DNA of 63,345 nucleotides, the filler included, from Jimgerdemannia flammicorona (lineage: Eukaryota), in assembly GCA_003990765.1 (NCBI GenBank). It is 2 parts of 2 records of this genome, joined end to end, with 100 filler letters (N's around TTAATTAATTAA, not from the genome) between each part and the next. Parts side by side here need not be neighbours in the genome. Positions count along the whole stretch, not along the records: positions 31,729 to 63,345 come from RBNJ01000385.1; 1 more part is not named here. The stretch is one strand, 5' to 3'. The position numbers were made by a program, and so were the translations under genes. Every line of letters starts with the position of its first letter. The first letter of the stretch is position 1. Positions 60,801-63,345 of this stretch are shown piece by piece. The notes beneath the pieces are model-generated. The model did no database searches. It saw only the letters and a program-made list of their open reading frames with translations, and had not been told where the DNA came from.

Positions 60801-63345
60801 TGCTGTGAGGCAAAGAAGGAAAAGAGTGAGGTATACTTCCAATAGGTTGGTTAGATTACAGATGGAATTGGCTGATTTGATAAATTCTGGTAAGGTGGAT
60901 GATTGGAGGTTAGTATGAGCTAGACTAGAAGTAATTGAGTTGCAACAGGTATTAAGAGAGGAACTGGAGATGAGTATGAAAGGAATGATAGCTAGATTGA
61001 GATAGCAGAGGCTTGAGGAGGAGATCCAGAGAGTCCTTGCAGCAACTAAGCTTAGTATAGCACCAGGAGAGGATGGTCTATCTTGGGACTTTTAGAAGAT
61101 GATGGTGAGGGTCCCAGGGGTGTTGGAAGAGATGGTGGCCCTCTGTGATCTTATTCATCTGAGGGATCAGTGAGTGGGAGGAAAGAACCTAGAGCTGGTG
61201 GCCCTCTTGTATAAGGATAAGGAGAGGAGAGAGGATTGGAAGGACTAGAGGCTGATCATACTTCTGGATATAGACAGAAAGATGGTGACTAAGATGTTCA
61301 ACAGATATTAGGTGAGGAGCAGTAGAGCTTTATTGGTAGCAGACTTATTAGAGATGAGATGGTCTGGGTCCATGACATCATTGAAGGGGCAAGAGCTAGT
61401 AGATTGGATGAGAGACTGGTCTTTTTGGACTAGAAGAAGGCCTATGACCATATTCAGTGGGTGTGGCTGGGCAAGGTGCTGGACAGAATAGAAGTTTCTC
61501 TGCTATTTCAAGCTTCTATGTTGAATCTGTTGGAGGGTAGTAGAGCAGCACTGATGTGTAATGGTCACCAGAGTATGGCATTTCCCTTAGGGAGAGGAGT
61601 TCCTCAGAGGGATCCACTGTTTTCTATTCTATATACTCTTTTATTGGAACCTTTGATAAATAGGATTCAGCAGAAGATAGCAGGGCTCACTATTTATAGT
61701 ATAGTGTGGAAGGTGGGGACCTTTGCAGATGAAATGGTGGTTGGACTTAGATCATTGGTAGATGTTGAGGCTCTTAAGGAGATGGTAGAATGGTATAAGG
61801 TACACTCTAGAGCAAAACTCAACTGGCATAAGTATGAGACAATGGTGTTGGGAAATAGGTTAGTGGGAGGAGATGTCATTGGAACAATTGTCCCAGCAAT
61901 AGAAGTAGTGAGGTATCTGGGCATCTTCCTTTTGGTATATAGATTGGTCTTGTCATGAGTGTGGTGAAAGAGGAGGGTGGCCATCTGAGTGGAGGTACTT
62001 TGAGACTTGGGGGGTTGCCACATCTCCCTGGTAGGCCAAGTTTCGATTCTGAATGTTTACTGGTTCTCTAAGCTGTAGTATATTGTCTATTACTTAGACT
62101 TTTCAGCTTGGATAGTGAAAAGACTGATGAGGCTAGCTAGGGATTGGATTTGGACTAGGAGGTGATCCCAGATCAGTTAGAATACCCTTTCAATACCAGT
62201 AGTTCAAGGGGGGTTAAGACTGGTGGACTTTTCTAAGAGACTGCACTATCTGAGAGCTTAGTGGTTGAAGTGAGTGGTGGAACTGAGGGGAGGGGGATGG
62301 GTGCCATTGATGAGAAGGTGTGGGAGATGAGATTCTCCCTAAGAGAGTTCTTGGGAGATTTGCTTTCCCTGGTGAACCTGGGTAGAAGCCATAGGCTGTG
62401 GTATAAAGGCTTCTGATGGAAGATAGCAGATAGAGCACACTGCATAAACTTGCACTAACATAGTAATGAAGAGAAAATACTGTGGAGACCAGCTATATGG
62501 AGATGGGACAGACTACTTCTAGGGGGAACTCCTTTTATTGAATTTGATATTAGTAATGGAGTAGAGTATCAGAGGGGACTTAGTCAGGATCTTTGGCCTA
62601 GCAGTTGGCAAGCAGTAAAGATTGGTGAGGAGTGGAATTGGGTGGGAGTCTGGAAATGGAGTATTGAGGTATGGAGGTGGCTTCCTCCCAAGTACTAGGT
62701 AGTATGGTGGCAGATGCTATAGAGGAATGTTATGTTGAATTTCCATACTGGACATCTGATGGATGGTGGTATACTGAAATGTATGGCATGCTACAATATA
62801 GAACAAGTTGGGGAATTTGTACAGATACCAGAACATTGGCTAGAAGAGTGCAAGATTCTGGGGGACTTTTGGATAGCAGAAGGGGACCTTTTGGATGTGA
62901 AGAGGAGACCAGATGGGAAGAGAGGTTGCTGGAAAAATTTGAGAACTAGATTAGTGGGTGTAGTAGACAATTAATGGCTCACTGTAGGGTGGGTTTTAGC
63001 TGTATAGATAGGGCTGGCTAGATATGGGCTCTTTGTTTTTGAGGAGGAGCAACAGCTGGATTTGTAGAAGAGGTTGTTACAATGAGAGGGATTAATGGGA
63101 GATATACTGATAGGGTGGTGGATTAGATGGGGTCTCCAGGGTGGGTGTCACTACTGTCTGATGAAAGAGATTTATAGACAGAGTGGTGGACAGATGGAGG
63201 TAATTAATGATCTAGTGGTCTTTAATTAAGAGGAGGTATGGTGGGGGGGCCCTTCTTGGGGGATCAGATAGGAGTGGGCTTAGTGTATAATATATAAGAT
63301 AGATGGCTATATTAATAATGGAAGGAGTCCCAGAGACTATAAAAA
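57850..63345 (+). mobile_element. Near full-length L1/Tx1-type LINE copy C (ORF1 ~57900-59865; ORF2 ~59900-63100), decayed, with internal deletions
   Basis: ORF1 fragments match copy A (QVVAVGKDELVDV, GADTTMLD). ORF2 has DLFLLQN, VLGGNFNMV, APGEDGL, GRGVPQRDPL, GTFADEMVV and VRYLGIFL. Confidence 0.9.

Overview
Eukaryotic, most likely fungal, repeat-dense region made almost entirely of decayed, nested transposons. An early-diverging, Mucoromycota-like host is an inference from gene content, not a demonstrated assignment. A 100-nt artificial N/TTAATTAATTAA spacer at 31629-31728 means the two halves may not be contiguous. Contents: (i) a full-length minus-strand L1/Tx1-type LINE (<1-~21110), interrupted by a chromodomain Ty3/gypsy element with ~2-kb LTRs (E1, 2438-13040, TSD CCTAG) and by a hAT transposon (16180-20971, 8-bp TSD); (ii) a second Ty3 element (E2, 22112-30528) and its sister (E3, 36415-43117, TSD CTGT), which sits inside a solo LTR of the E2 family; (iii) an older Ty3 relic (E4); (iv) one CpG-intact, intron-rich host gene of Crinkler/CR type (SAM-like header + P-loop NTPase + PD-(D/E)xK nuclease, 45355-49359) with a frameshift; (v) 5'-truncated LINE copies ending in telomeric (CCCTAA)n tails, three of them head-to-tail; (vi) further L1-type copies. 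Most notable: E1, E2 and E3 each carry an extra, mutually alignable ORF in or next to the U3 region; all four Ty3 elements carry a dUTPase, in two different positions; E1-E3 share a small CPHG zinc-finger motif; E2 and E3 encode integrase in a separate frame that overlaps the RT-RNase H stop (ATGAATAA); and the telomere-tailed LINE array looks like a fossil chromosome end. All alignments were done by eye; no searches were run.
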